Source: Burkholderiales bacterium (GTDB lineage Bacteria > Pseudomonadota > Gammaproteobacteria > Burkholderiales > SG8-39). Taken from it: a DNA stretch of 64,000 nucleotides. Positions 17,327 through 26,444 of the stretch are shown in pieces (positions within the stretch are counted from its first letter, which is position 1; each line of letters opens with the position of its first letter). The notes beneath the pieces are model-generated. The model was given only the letters and a program-made list of their open reading frames with translations, had not been told where the DNA came from and searched no databases. Where the stretch lies: assembly GCA_035456405.1 (NCBI GenBank), contig DATIDG010000094.1, positions 8,625-72,624 of the forward strand, given 5' to 3'. The position numbers were made by a program, and so were the translations under genes.

Positions 17327-18934
17327 CTACATGCGGAACACGCCGAACTTCGTCTCCTCGACCGGCGCATTAAGGGCGGCCGACAGGCCGAGCGCGAGCA
17401 CGCGGCGCGTGTCCTCGGGCGCGATCACGCCGTCGTCCCAGATCCGCGCGGACGCGTAGTACGGGTGGCCCTGGCGGTCGTACTGCTCGAGGATCGGCTT
17501 CTTGAACGCCTCCTCCTCGTCCTTCGACCAGGCTCCGCCCTTCGCCTCGATGGCGTCGCGGCGCACGGTGGCGAGCACGCTCGCCGCCTGCTGGCCGCCC
17601 ATCACGCTGACGCGCGCGTTCGGCCACATCCAGAGGAAGCGCGGGCTGTAGGCGCGCCCGCACATGCCGTAGTTGCCGGCGCCGTACGAGCCGCCAATGA
17701 TCACGGTGAACTTCGGCACCCTGGCCGTCGACACGGCGGTCACCATCTTCGCACCGTCCTTCGCGATGCCGCTCGCCTCGTACTTCTTGCCGACCATGAA
17801 GCCGGTGATGTTCTGCAGGAAGAGAAGCGGGATGCCGCGCTGGCCGCAGAGCTCGATGAAGTGCGCCGCCTTCATCGCCGACTCCGAGAAGAGGATCCCG
17901 TTGTTCGCGACGATGCCGACCGGGTAGCCCCAGACGCGCGCGAAGCCAGTGACGAGGGTCGTGCCGTAGTTCTGCTTGAACTCGTCGAGCTCGGAGCCGT
18001 CGACGATGCGCGCGATCACTTCGCGCACGTCGTAGGGCTTGCGGATGTCCGCAGAGATGATTCCGCCGATCTCGTCGGGCGGGTAGAGCGGTTCGCGCGG
18101 TTCGGTCACCGTCGTGCCCACCCGCTTCGAGCGGTTGAAGTTCCTCACGATGCGCCGGGCGATGGCGAGCGCATGGTGGTCGTTGATTGCGTAGTGATCG
18201 GCGACCCCGGACTGGCGGGTGTGCACATCGGCCCCACCCAGCTCCTCCGGCGACACGACCTCGCCGGTCGCCGCTTTCACGAGCGGCGGGCCGCCGAGGA
18301 AGATCGTGCCCTGCCCCTTGACGATGACCGCCTCGTCGGACATCGCCGGCACGTAGGCGCCGCCGGCGGTGCACGAGCCCATCACCGCGGCGATCTGCGG
18401 GATGCCGGCCGCCGACATGTTGGCCTGGTTGTAGAAGATGCGGCCGAAGTGGTCGCGGTCGGGGAACACCTCGTCCCAGGTCGGCAGGTTCGCGCCGCCC
18501 GAGTCCACGAGGTAGATGCACGGCAGCCGGTTCTGCGCCGCGATCTCCTGGGCGCGAACGTGCTTCTTGACCGTCATCGGGAAGTAGGTGCCGCCCTTGA
18601 CGGTCGCGTCGTTGGCGACGATCACGCATTCGTGGCCCGCGATGCGCCCGATGCCGGTGATGATCCCGGCGCCCGGGGCCTCGTCGCTGTACATCCCGTA
18701 CGCGGCGAGCTGGGAGAGCTCCAGGAACGGGGACCCGGGATCGAGCAGCGCCCGGACCCGCTCGCGCGGCAGGAGCTTCCCGCGGGCGACGTGCCGGGCG
18801 CGCGAACTCTCGTCGCCGCCGAGCGCGATGCGTTCGACCTTCTTGCGCAGGTCGGTGACGAGCGCACCCATCGCCGCGGCGTTCGCGCGGAACTCCTCGG
18901 AGCGGGGATTGATTGCGGTGCGCAGCGCGGCCAT
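17327..18934 (-). CDS. mccB: 3-methylcrotonyl-CoA carboxylase beta subunit (carboxyltransferase)
   Basis: The ATG at 18934 gives a 535-aa product, [22 protein letters not shown]... It has [26 protein letters not shown]. The 360 upstream residues of track ORF 17327-20014 are Arg-rich artefact. Confidence 0.92.
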   Translation of the reverse strand: MAALRTAINPRSEEFRANAAAMGALVTDLRKKVERIALGGDESSRARHVARGKLLPRERVRALLDPGSPFLELSQLAAYGMYSDEAPGAGIITGIGRIAGHECVIVANDATVKGGTYFPMTVKKHVRAQEIAAQNRLPCIYLVDSGGANLPTWDEVFPDRDHFGRIFYNQANMSAAGIPQIAAVMGSCTAGGAYVPAMSDEAVIVKGQGTIFLGGPPLVKAATGEVVSPEELGGADVHTRQSGVADHYAINDHHALAIARRIVRNFNRSKRVGTTVTEPREPLYPPDEIGGIISADIRKPYDVREVIARIVDGSELDEFKQNYGTTLVTGFARVWGYPVGIVANNGILFSESAMKAAHFIELCGQRGIPLLFLQNITGFMVGKKYEASGIAKDGAKMVTAVSTARVPKFTVIIGGSYGAGNYGMCGRAYSPRFLWMWPNARVSVMGGQQAASVLATVRRDAIEAKGGAWSKDEEEAFKKPILEQYDRQGHPYYASARIWDDGVIAPEDTRRVLALGLSAALNAPVEETKFGVFRM

Positions 18935-18963
18935 TGTCGGAGGCAGCGGATCGTGGGAGGCAG

Positions 18964-18973
18964 GCGATTCTAG
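18964..18973 (-). promoter_or_regulatory. CTAGAATCGC box, candidate extended -10 promoter of mccB
   Basis: The gene-sense strand reads cTGcTAGAATCGCc, 32 nt upstream of the mccB ATG. A TGn extended -10 context is present. Confidence 0.4.
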
Positions 18974-19066
18974 CAGCGGCGCCGGGCAGCACGCCGGCCC
19001 GTCCCGACCTATACTCGGCGTGCGCCGCGTCCGCGTCGCGGCAGTCGGTTCCCGGTCTCGTCCCCA

Positions 19067-20017
19067 ATGGAGCAGGTCATGCAGCCCGCCGATCGCGCCT
19101 GGAGCGCGCTGCTCGCGGCGTCGCGCGTCGCGCGCAACGGCCTCGACCGCGGCCGGCCAGCGTCGTTCGCGCCCGACGGTTCCGGCGGCTTGCGCGAGGT
19201 GGCGTCCGGCGCGACCGATGCTACGCTCGCGTGGCGCCCCGGCTCCGGCTGGGCGGCGGCAAGCGGATCGGACGACGGCGCGGACGCGAGCTTCGCGCTC
19301 TACCTCCCGGCATGCGCCGCCGGTCCGGGCCGGCCGTTCACTCTCGGGCATCTGGGACAGAGCCTCGACGGCTACGTGGCCACGCAGACCGGCGACTCGC
19401 GCTTCGTCACCGGGACGCAGAACATCGTCCACTTGCACCGGCTGCGTGCGCTCTGCGATGCGGTGGTGGTCGGGGCCGGCACCGTCGCGGGCGACGACCC
19501 CCGGCTGACGACGCGCCTCGTCTCCGGCCCCAACCCCCTGCGTGTGGTGCTCGATCCGCGGCGGCGGCTGCCCGCGCACCACCAGGTGTTCGCCGACGGC
19601 GCGGCCGCCACGCTGCTCGTCTGCGAGTCTGCACGCGTGCAGCCCGGCGAGCGCTTCGGCTGCGCCGAGGTCGCCGGCGCGCCGAGCCGCGACGGCCGTT
19701 TCGATCTTCGCGCGGTGCTCGCGCTGCTGCATCGACGCGGCTGTCATGCGGTGTTCGTGGAAGGCGGTGGCGTGACGGTGTCGCGGTTCCTCGAGGCCGG
19801 CCTTCTCGATCGGCTGCACGTCGCGATCGCGCCGCTCGTCATCGGGCACGGGCGGCCGGGGCTGCAGTTGCCGCCGGTCGCGCGGCTGCAGGACGGCCTC
19901 CGCCCCGCGCACCGTGTGTTCCGCATGGGCGGGGACGTGCTGTTCGACTGCGACCTGCGGGCCGGCGGCCCGACTGCCGACGGATCGGCGGCGTCGCCGC
20001 TGGCGCGGATTCACTGA
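19067..20017 (+). CDS. RibD C-terminal domain (DHFR-fold reductase)-like protein with an unknown N-terminal extension of about 95 aa
   Basis: [23 protein letters not shown]...[28 protein letters not shown] matches the RibD_C reductase pattern. FVEGGG is also present. Confidence 0.75.
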   Translation: MEQVMQPADRAWSALLAASRVARNGLDRGRPASFAPDGSGGLREVASGATDATLAWRPGSGWAAASGSDDGADASFALYLPACAAGPGRPFTLGHLGQSLDGYVATQTGDSRFVTGTQNIVHLHRLRALCDAVVVGAGTVAGDDPRLTTRLVSGPNPLRVVLDPRRRLPAHHQVFADGAAATLLVCESARVQPGERFGCAEVAGAPSRDGRFDLRAVLALLHRRGCHAVFVEGGGVTVSRFLEAGLLDRLHVAIAPLVIGHGRPGLQLPPVARLQDGLRPAHRVFRMGGDVLFDCDLRAGGPTADGSAASPLARIH

Positions 20018-20811
20018 CGCTGAAGCTTACCCGCCAGATCGATGTGACCGACGCGGAGCCGCGACGCGCCGGTGGCGAGGTGCTCGTGTCGCCGCTGCCG
20101 CCAGTCTTCGAGCGCTGGCGCTTCCCGGGGTGCGATCTCGACCGCGGCGGCGACCCAGCCGTCGACGAGCGCCGCCTGCAGCGCGCGCGTCGCGGTTCCT
20201 AGCTCCCAGTCGCTGCGCGCGCTGCGCATCCGGTAGCCCAGCCCTGCGAAGATGCGCCCGGCTTCGGTGGTGGCGGCCGGCCCAAGTGCGGGTCCGAAGC
20301 CCTTGTCGGTCCGCTGATGCAGGTTCACGAGCTCGCACATGCGCGCGTCACCGTCTATCGCCGGCGACCACTCGATGCGTCCGTCGTAGGTGAGCGCGAA
20401 CAGGACGTCCGCTCGCACCGCGGCGCACCGCGTCGCGAGTCTTGCCAGCCACGATGCGGAAACGAGATCGAGCAGCGCCGCCGCCGTCACGAGGTCGCGC
20501 CCGTCCAGCGGCAGGGCCTCGAGGTCCTGCGCCAGATCGAGCAACAGCGTCCGCACCTGGACCCCTGCGGGCGCGGCGCGCGCCGCCAGCTCGCCGAGCA
20601 GCACCGGATCGGAATCGACCGCGAGCCAATCCTGTGGGCTGCCGAGGCGCGGCGCGAGATAGCGCAGGTTGGCGCCGGTACCCGCGCCGAGGTCGACGAC
20701 GCTGCGCGTCGCACCGGCGCGCGCGACGAACGGATCGACGAGCATCCCTGCGCGCGCTGCCGCATCGGCGGGTTCGCGCAGCGCGAGCCAGTCAGTCGTG
20801 AAGCTGCTCAA
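20011..20811 (-). CDS. Class I SAM-dependent methyltransferase
   Basis: 266-aa ORF with a TTG start. Motif I is [15 protein letters not shown]. Its 5' end overlaps the glycosyltransferase 3' end by 20 nt. Confidence 0.75.
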   Translation of the reverse strand: MSSFTTDWLALREPADAAARAGMLVDPFVARAGATRSVVDLGAGTGANLRYLAPRLGSPQDWLAVDSDPVLLGELAARAAPAGVQVRTLLLDLAQDLEALPLDGRDLVTAAALLDLVSASWLARLATRCAAVRADVLFALTYDGRIEWSPAIDGDARMCELVNLHQRTDKGFGPALGPAATTEAGRIFAGLGYRMRSARSDWELGTATRALQAALVDGWVAAAVEIAPREAPALEDWRQRRHEHLATGASRLRVGHIDLAGKLQRQ

Positions 20812-21862
20812 GGTTCGCGGGTTCGGTCATGAGCGTGGCGGCGAGACGCGCGCACGCCGCGTCCCATCCGGGCAATCGCGCGCGCGCGCGGCGGGCGCCC
20901 TCGGCGAGCCGGGCGCGCAGCGCGGCATCGTCGAGCACGCGGGCGAGCGCATCGCGCAGCGCCGCCGGATCGCCGGGTGGAACGAGCAGGCCCGCGTCCG
21001 GGGGGACCGTCTCCGGCACGGCGCCCGCACGCGTGCTCACGACCGGCACGCCACGCGCGAGCGCCTCCGCGAGCGCCATGCCGTAACCCTCGTGGAAGGT
21101 CGGGAGGACGAACACGTCGGCATGCGCGTAGCACGCGTCGAGCGTCGCGCGATCGACTGCGCCGCGGATCGTGACCCGGTCCGTGAGCCCGAGCGCGGCG
21201 ATGCGGTGCTCCAGCGCAGCCACGGTCTGCGGGCTCCGCCCGAGGCTGCCGACGCAGGTGAGGCGCCAGTCGCGATCCGCGAGCCCGGACAAGGCGTCGA
21301 TGAGCACCGCATGCCCCTTGCGCGGCACGACGGCGGCGACGCACAGCAGCGCGACGCCCGGTCCGTCCGAGCCCGCCGCGAGCGGCGCCGGATCGATGCC
21401 CGGCTCGATCACGGCGATGCGCTCCGGCGGTACGCCGTAGCAGGCGAGCCCGCGCGCGGTGGTGCCGCTGGTCGTGACGACGAACCGCACGGCCGCCAGC
21501 GCCTGCGCTTCCGAGCGTCGCAGCGCCTCCGCGCGGCCCGGCTCGAGGCCGGTCTCATCCGCGAGCGGATGGTGCACGAGCGCAACGAGACGCAGCCGCC
21601 GCGCTTCGGCCGCTGCGACCTCGGGGAGGACGCCGAGCGCGAGCCCGTCGACGAGCACCGTCGCGCCGTCGGGAAGGCGCGCGAATGCGTCGCGCGCGGC
21701 CGCGCGCGACGCCGGCGTCGGCGCCGGGAAGCTCGCGTCGAGCGCGTGGACGGTTACCGCCCAACCCAGGGCGCGCAGGCCCGCGACGATGCGACGGTCG
21801 TACTCGTACCCGCCGGTGGGCGTCGCCGGGTCACCAGGCAGGACAAGCGCGAGCGTGTGCAT
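20792..21862 (-). CDS. GT-B glycosyltransferase (group 1 / GT4-like)
   Basis: 356-aa ORF. The C-terminal FHEGYGMALAEALARGVPVV (E-x7-E) motif is typical of group 1 glycosyltransferases. Confidence 0.85.
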   Translation of the reverse strand: MHTLALVLPGDPATPTGGYEYDRRIVAGLRALGWAVTVHALDASFPAPTPASRAAARDAFARLPDGATVLVDGLALGVLPEVAAAEARRLRLVALVHHPLADETGLEPGRAEALRRSEAQALAAVRFVVTTSGTTARGLACYGVPPERIAVIEPGIDPAPLAAGSDGPGVALLCVAAVVPRKGHAVLIDALSGLADRDWRLTCVGSLGRSPQTVAALEHRIAALGLTDRVTIRGAVDRATLDACYAHADVFVLPTFHEGYGMALAEALARGVPVVSTRAGAVPETVPPDAGLLVPPGDPAALRDALARVLDDAALRARLAEGARRARARLPGWDAACARLAATLMTEPANLEQLHD

Positions 21863-21863
21863 C

Positions 21864-22268
21864 TCACGGAGCGAGATCGCTCTCGTACGCAGCCCATGCC
21901 GCGTGCGATTCGTGCAGCGTGACTTTCATGCGGGCCAGGCCGCGCGCGGCGTCGCCGAGCGACCCGGCGCGGATCGCCGCGTTCATCCGGTCGAACACGA
22001 CGCGGGCGAGAAACTCGGTCGTCGTGTTCTTGCCCGCGAACTCCGGCACCTCGTCGAGGTTGCGATAGTTGAGCCCGTCGAGCAGCGCGCGCAGTGCGGC
22101 CGCGGCGCGGCCGATGTCGACCACGAGGCCGTCGACGTCGAGCGCCGTCCGTCCGAACTCGACGTCGACGACATAGGTTGCGCCGTGCAGGCGCCGGGCT
22201 GGTCCGAACACCTCGCCGCGGAAGCTGTGGGCGACCATGAAGTGGTCGCGGACGCACACGGTGTACAT
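21864..22268 (-). CDS. 6-pyruvoyl-tetrahydropterin synthase/QueD (COG0720, T-fold)-like protein with substituted catalytic residues
   Basis: The ATG at 22268 gives a 134-aa product. [19 protein letters not shown] and TLHES align by eye with QueD FEAAHRL, CGRLHGHSF and KETC, but the Cys and one His are Ala. There is a 1-nt gap to the glycosyltransferase start. Confidence 0.7.
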   Translation of the reverse strand: MYTVCVRDHFMVAHSFRGEVFGPARRLHGATYVVDVEFGRTALDVDGLVVDIGRAAAALRALLDGLNYRNLDEVPEFAGKNTTTEFLARVVFDRMNAAIRAGSLGDAARGLARMKVTLHESHAAWAAYESDLAP

Positions 22269-22278
22269 GGGTTTCCGC

Positions 22279-23256
22279 TCAGTCGTAGACGATGCGATGG
22301 CAGATCGTGTCGCCGGGGTCGGTCGCGAGCCGTGCCATGGCCTGCGGCAGGTCGTCGAACCGGTCCTCGCCGGTGACGAGTACGTCGAGCGCGGCATCGT
22401 CGAGGAGCCGCAGCGCCAGTTCGAGCCGCCGTGCGTGCGTCCACCGCGCGCGCTGCGCGGCGGCGACGGAGCCGACCTGCGAGGACTTGAGTGTCAGCCG
22501 CTGCGCGTGAAAGCGCTCGCCGAGGGGAAGCGCGATGCTGCGCGTGCCGAACCAGCTCAGCTCGACCACCGTCGCCTCGAAGCCGGCGAGCTCGAGCGCG
22601 AGGCGCGCGCCCTCCGCCGTGCCGCTCGCGTGGATCACGAGGTCGACCCCCGTGCGCGCGCGGTCCGGGGCGGCGAAGCCGATGCCCAGCGCGCCGGCGA
22701 CCGTCGCGCGGCGCGGGTTCAAGTCGACGAGCTCAACCTCGCAGCCGGGCACGCGCCCGGCGAGCCGGGCGACGAGGCAGCCGAGCGCACCCGCGCCGAC
22801 GACGGCGACGCGATCGCCGAGCCGCAGGTCCGCGTCCCAGAGACCGTTGATCGCAGTTTCGAGGTTGGCCGCGAGGATCGCGCGCGCGGCGGGCACCGCT
22901 TCGGGCAGCGGGAGGGCCGCCGCCGCCGGCACCACGTAGCGCGTCTGGTGCGGATGGAGGCAGAAAACGCGGCGGCCGCGCAGCGCAGGGGGACCTTCCT
23001 CGACCTCGCCGACGCTGCTGTAGCCGTACTTGACCGGCGCCGGGAACTCGCCCGACTGGAAGGGGGCGCGCATGCGCGCGTACTCGCCGGGCGGCACCTC
23101 GCCGCGGAAGACGAGCGCTTCGGTACCCCGGCTGATGCCGCTGTAGAGTGCGCGGACGCGCACTTCGTCGGGGCCGCATCGGCCGAGCGGCGCGCTGCGT
23201 ATCTCACCGTTGAGAGGGCCGGTGATCCAGAAGGCGCGGGCGTCGGCGGCGGACAC
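22279..23256 (-). CDS. MDR-superfamily (zinc-type alcohol dehydrogenase-like) oxidoreductase lacking the catalytic-zinc Cys motif
   Basis: [18 protein letters not shown] replaces the GxCGxDxH motif. The Rossmann motif [12 protein letters not shown] is present. Start is uncertain: GTG at 23256 is preferred because it leaves a 72-bp divergent spacer; TTG at 23316 is the alternative. Confidence 0.75.
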   Translation of the reverse strand: MSAADARAFWITGPLNGEIRSAPLGRCGPDEVRVRALYSGISRGTEALVFRGEVPPGEYARMRAPFQSGEFPAPVKYGYSSVGEVEEGPPALRGRRVFCLHPHQTRYVVPAAAALPLPEAVPAARAILAANLETAINGLWDADLRLGDRVAVVGAGALGCLVARLAGRVPGCEVELVDLNPRRATVAGALGIGFAAPDRARTGVDLVIHASGTAEGARLALELAGFEATVVELSWFGTRSIALPLGERFHAQRLTLKSSQVGSVAAAQRARWTHARRLELALRLLDDAALDVLVTGEDRFDDLPQAMARLATDPGDTICHRIVYD

Positions 23257-23328
23257 GGAGCTGGGTACGGGCGGGACGTCGATCGGGACATTCCGCCCGA
23301 CGCCGTAGACAGTCAAGGATACTAGGCA

Positions 23329-24072
23329 ATGCCGATCGACAGCGCAGTCTCGGACCAACGAGGAAGGCTTCTGAGGGGCGCCCTGGCGGGAATGGGCATC
23401 GCCCTTGCTGCGGTAGGGCTGTGCGCCGTCGCGGCGACCGAGGCATTGGCTGTCGGGCCGACGTATGCGCCGAAGGCGGTCGCGGGCTTTGCCGTCGTGG
23501 CCGCGTTGATCGTCGCGACGCTGCCCGGGCACCATCCTTTTGCGCGCTTCGGATGGGCGAACAACGTGACGCTGGCGCGGGCGGCGCTGGTCGCGCTGCT
23601 CGCCGCGCTGCTCGGCGAGGGCGAAGCGCCGCGGATCATGGCCTTCGCCGCCGCGATCGGCGGCGCTGCGGTCGCGTTCGATTTCGTCGATGGGAGGCTC
23701 GCGCGCGCAACCGGTCTCGCGAGTGCCTTCGGCGCACGGTTCGACATGGAGACGGATGCGGCGCTGGTCATGGTGCTGGCCCTGCTCGCATGGCAGTCCG
23801 GCCGCGTCGGGCCGTGGGTGCTCGCGTCGGGACTGCTGCGCTACGCGTTCGTGGCTGCCGGCCGGTGCTGGCCGTGGCTGCGGCGCCCGCTCGCACCGAG
23901 CTTCCGGCGCAAGGCCGCGGCCGCGGTGCAGATGATCGCGCTGGTCGTCGTGCTCGTGCCCGGCGTGCCGCGGCTGGCCGGCACGATCGTCGCGGCCGTC
24001 GCGCTCGCATTCCTGTGCTACTCCTTCCTCGCCGACACGCTATGGCTCCACGATCACGCGGAGGATCTGTGA
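23329..24072 (+). CDS. CDP-alcohol phosphatidyltransferase family protein
   Basis: DFVDGRLARATGLASAFGARFDMETD matches D(x)2DG(x)2AR...G(x)3D(x)3D. The protein is polytopic. Confidence 0.88.
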   Translation: MPIDSAVSDQRGRLLRGALAGMGIALAAVGLCAVAATEALAVGPTYAPKAVAGFAVVAALIVATLPGHHPFARFGWANNVTLARAALVALLAALLGEGEAPRIMAFAAAIGGAAVAFDFVDGRLARATGLASAFGARFDMETDAALVMVLALLAWQSGRVGPWVLASGLLRYAFVAAGRCWPWLRRPLAPSFRRKAAAAVQMIALVVVLVPGVPRLAGTIVAAVALAFLCYSFLADTLWLHDHAEDL

Positions 24073-25709
24073 CCCGGCTGGCCGGGCTCGTGCTGGGTCT
24101 CGCGCTCCTCAACTTCGGCCTGACTTTCGACAGCCTCTGGCCGACGCTGTGGATCCGGCCCCGGTCGGCGCTGTCGATCGAGCTCGCTGCAGTCGTGCTC
24201 GCGCTGGCGCTCGCGGCGGTGCGGTTCGGTCCGCCGTCGCGCCGCGTCGTCGCCGGGCTCGCGGTGGCGTTGACGGTGCTCGCGCTGGGACGCTACGCCG
24301 AGGTCACCGCGCGCGAGCTCTACGGGCGGCCCATCAACCTCTACTACGACGTGCCGCACGTCCCGCACGTCATCGCGATGTTTGCCGAAGCGGCGCCCGT
24401 ATGGCTGGCGCTGGCGATGGTCGCGGGCGTCGCCATCGGGCTCGTCGCGCTCTACGCGCTCGCGCGCTGGGCGTGGGCGCGCGTCGGCGCGGCGCTCGCG
24501 GTCCCGCGCTCGCGCGGGGCGATCGCGCTCGTTGCGGCCGGCGTGTGTATCGCGTACCCCTTCGCGGGCGGGTGGTTCGCCGCGCCGGTGAGCGCGAGCT
24601 TCGCTCGCCAGGCCGTGCTGCTCGCGCAGGCGCTGAGCGGGAGCGGCCCGGACCTCGGGACGAGCCCCGACTTCGGCGGCGGCCTGGGGCGCGTCCAGGG
24701 CGCAGACGTCTTTGTCGTGTTCATCGAGTCGTACGGCGCGGCGACGTACGATCGGCCAGCGCTCGCCCCGCGAGTCGCCGCGGGCCGCGAGGCGCTCGCC
24801 GCCGCGGCCGCGGCGAGCGGGCGCGCGATCGCATCGGCCTTCGTCGAGTCGCCGACCTTCGGCGGCGCGTCGTGGCTCGCGCACGCGAGCCTGCTCGCCG
24901 GGGTCGAGGTGCGCGGCGGCGACACCTACAATCTGCTGACCACGCAGCGGCGCGACACGCTCGTGCACGCATTCGCGCGCGCCGGATACCGGACGATCGC
25001 GCTGATGCCCGGGCTGCGCCGGGACTGGCGCGAGGGCGTGGCGCTGTACGGGTTCGACGCGGTCTACGACGCCGGGCGCCTCGACTATCGCGGCCCCGCC
25101 TTCGGCTGGTGGCGCATCCCCGACCAGTACGCGCTCGGCAAGCTGGATCGCACGGAGGTCACGCAGTCGGCGCGCCAGCCGCTCTTCGTGTTCTTCCCCA
25201 CGATCACGAGTCACGCGCCGTTCCGGCCCGTGCCGCCGTATCAGCAAGACTGGGCGCGACTGCTGTCGGACCAACCGTACGACGCTTCCGTCGCGCAGGC
25301 GCTGCAGTCCGCGCGGGCGGAATGGGAGGACCTCGACCCGGCGTACGCCGACGCGATCGGCTATGTGCTCACCGCGTTCGCCGGCTACCTGCGCGAGCGG
25401 CCCGGCGCCGATTTCGTCCTGATCGTGCTCGGGGATCACCAGCCGCCGGCGGGCGTGGCCGGAGAGCGGGCGTCATGGGACGTCCCGGTGCACGTGATCA
25501 CGAGCCGGCGCGCGATCGTCGACGAGCTGGTTGCGTCCGGTTTCGCGATCGGCGTCGAGCCGCAGCGGACACCGATCGGCCGCACGCACGCGCTCACGCC
25601 GCTCCTGCTGCGTGCGTTCGGGTCAGTCGCGCAACCTGGCGTACACGTCGCCGGACCCGCCGCCGGCGGGGAGCGCCCGCAGCACGGCGCGGATCGCGTC
25701 GGGCTCTAG
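24069..25709 (+). CDS. Membrane-anchored alkaline-phosphatase-superfamily enzyme (LtaS/sulfatase/phosphoglycerol-transferase-like)
   Basis: The GTG at 24069 overlaps the upstream stop (GTGA). About 5 N-terminal TM helices precede DVFVVFIESYGAATYD and SPTFGGASWLAHASLLAG, which are LtaS-like metal and nucleophile regions. The 3' end overlaps a convergent gene by 87 nt. Confidence 0.7.
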   Translation: MTRLAGLVLGLALLNFGLTFDSLWPTLWIRPRSALSIELAAVVLALALAAVRFGPPSRRVVAGLAVALTVLALGRYAEVTARELYGRPINLYYDVPHVPHVIAMFAEAAPVWLALAMVAGVAIGLVALYALARWAWARVGAALAVPRSRGAIALVAAGVCIAYPFAGGWFAAPVSASFARQAVLLAQALSGSGPDLGTSPDFGGGLGRVQGADVFVVFIESYGAATYDRPALAPRVAAGREALAAAAAASGRAIASAFVESPTFGGASWLAHASLLAGVEVRGGDTYNLLTTQRRDTLVHAFARAGYRTIALMPGLRRDWREGVALYGFDAVYDAGRLDYRGPAFGWWRIPDQYALGKLDRTEVTQSARQPLFVFFPTITSHAPFRPVPPYQQDWARLLSDQPYDASVAQALQSARAEWEDLDPAYADAIGYVLTAFAGYLRERPGADFVLIVLGDHQPPAGVAGERASWDVPVHVITSRRAIVDELVASGFAIGVEPQRTPIGRTHALTPLLLRAFGSVAQPGVHVAGPAAGGERPQHGADRVGL

Positions 25710-26369
25710 CCACGCGCGCTCGGCGAGCCGCTGCCGCTCGCCCGCCGACCAGTTGTACGCGTAGTTCCCGAGCGCGCCGAGACGGTCCACGCAGTCGAGC
25801 GCGACCTCGCGCGCCGCCGCCAGGTATTCGAACGAGAGCGCGGCGACCGGCGTGGAAAGGCCGGCGAGCGCCTCGGCTTCGTACCCTTCCACATCGAGCT
25901 TCATGAAATCCGGCCGCCCGTGCACCGCGATTAGCGCATCGAGCGTGGTCACCGGGACGCGCGCGCCAGGGCGCCAGCGCACGCCGCGAAACGACGGGTC
26001 CGCGCTGACGCGCTTCGCCCAAACCGGAGAGAGCGTCGTGACGGTCGGTGTCCGCTCGGAGGCATGCAGCGTGGCGTCGCCGATCGCGCGCCCGACCGCC
26101 GCCGGCACGATCGTGACGTGTCGATCGCGCCCGTACAGCGCCTCGAGCAACCGCACGAAGTCGGGCTGCGGCTCCACCGCGACGACCCTGGCGCCCAGCC
26201 GGCGGAACGCGCGCACCCGGTTGCCCGCGTGCGCGCCGACGTCGAATGCGAGCCCGCCGGAGCCGATGAACGGTGCGTAGAGACGCGCCAGGCGCCGCGT
26301 GCGGAACGGGATGCCGTAGTACAGGGCGAGCGAGCGCGCGACGCCCGCCATGCGGTCGAGGCGGGTCAC
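25623..26369 (-). CDS. FkbM-family methyltransferase
   Basis: FDVGAHAGN and MKLDVEGYEAEAL are FkbM motifs. A GTG start at 26369 is listed; an ATG at 26351 (MAGVARSL...) is the alternative. Confidence 0.82.
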   Translation of the reverse strand: MTRLDRMAGVARSLALYYGIPFRTRRLARLYAPFIGSGGLAFDVGAHAGNRVRAFRRLGARVVAVEPQPDFVRLLEALYGRDRHVTIVPAAVGRAIGDATLHASERTPTVTTLSPVWAKRVSADPSFRGVRWRPGARVPVTTLDALIAVHGRPDFMKLDVEGYEAEALAGLSTPVAALSFEYLAAAREVALDCVDRLGALGNYAYNWSAGERQRLAERAWLEPDAIRAVLRALPAGGGSGDVYARLRD

Positions 26370-26372
26370 GCG

Positions 26373-26382
26373 GCGATTCTAG
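26373..26382 (-). promoter_or_regulatory. CTAGAATCGC box upstream of the FkbM methyltransferase
   Basis: The gene-sense strand reads cttGCTAGAATCGCcgcGTG. TAGAAT lies 6 nt from the GTG and 24 nt from the alternative ATG. A TGn context is present. Confidence 0.35.
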
Positions 26383-26444
26383 CAAGCCCTTCCTTGGTCG
26401 AACCGCGTAAACCCCGAGGCGCCGAGCCGCGTTACGGAACTGGG

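Noticed and set aside
17327-20014. An 895-aa ORF suggesting a giant carboxyltransferase fusion
   Set aside because: Only the C-terminal 535 aa (from the ATG at 18934) look like MccB. The upstream 360 aa are Arg/Pro/Ala-rich and lie antisense to the well-supported RibD-C-like gene. This is a typical open-frame artefact of GC-rich DNA.
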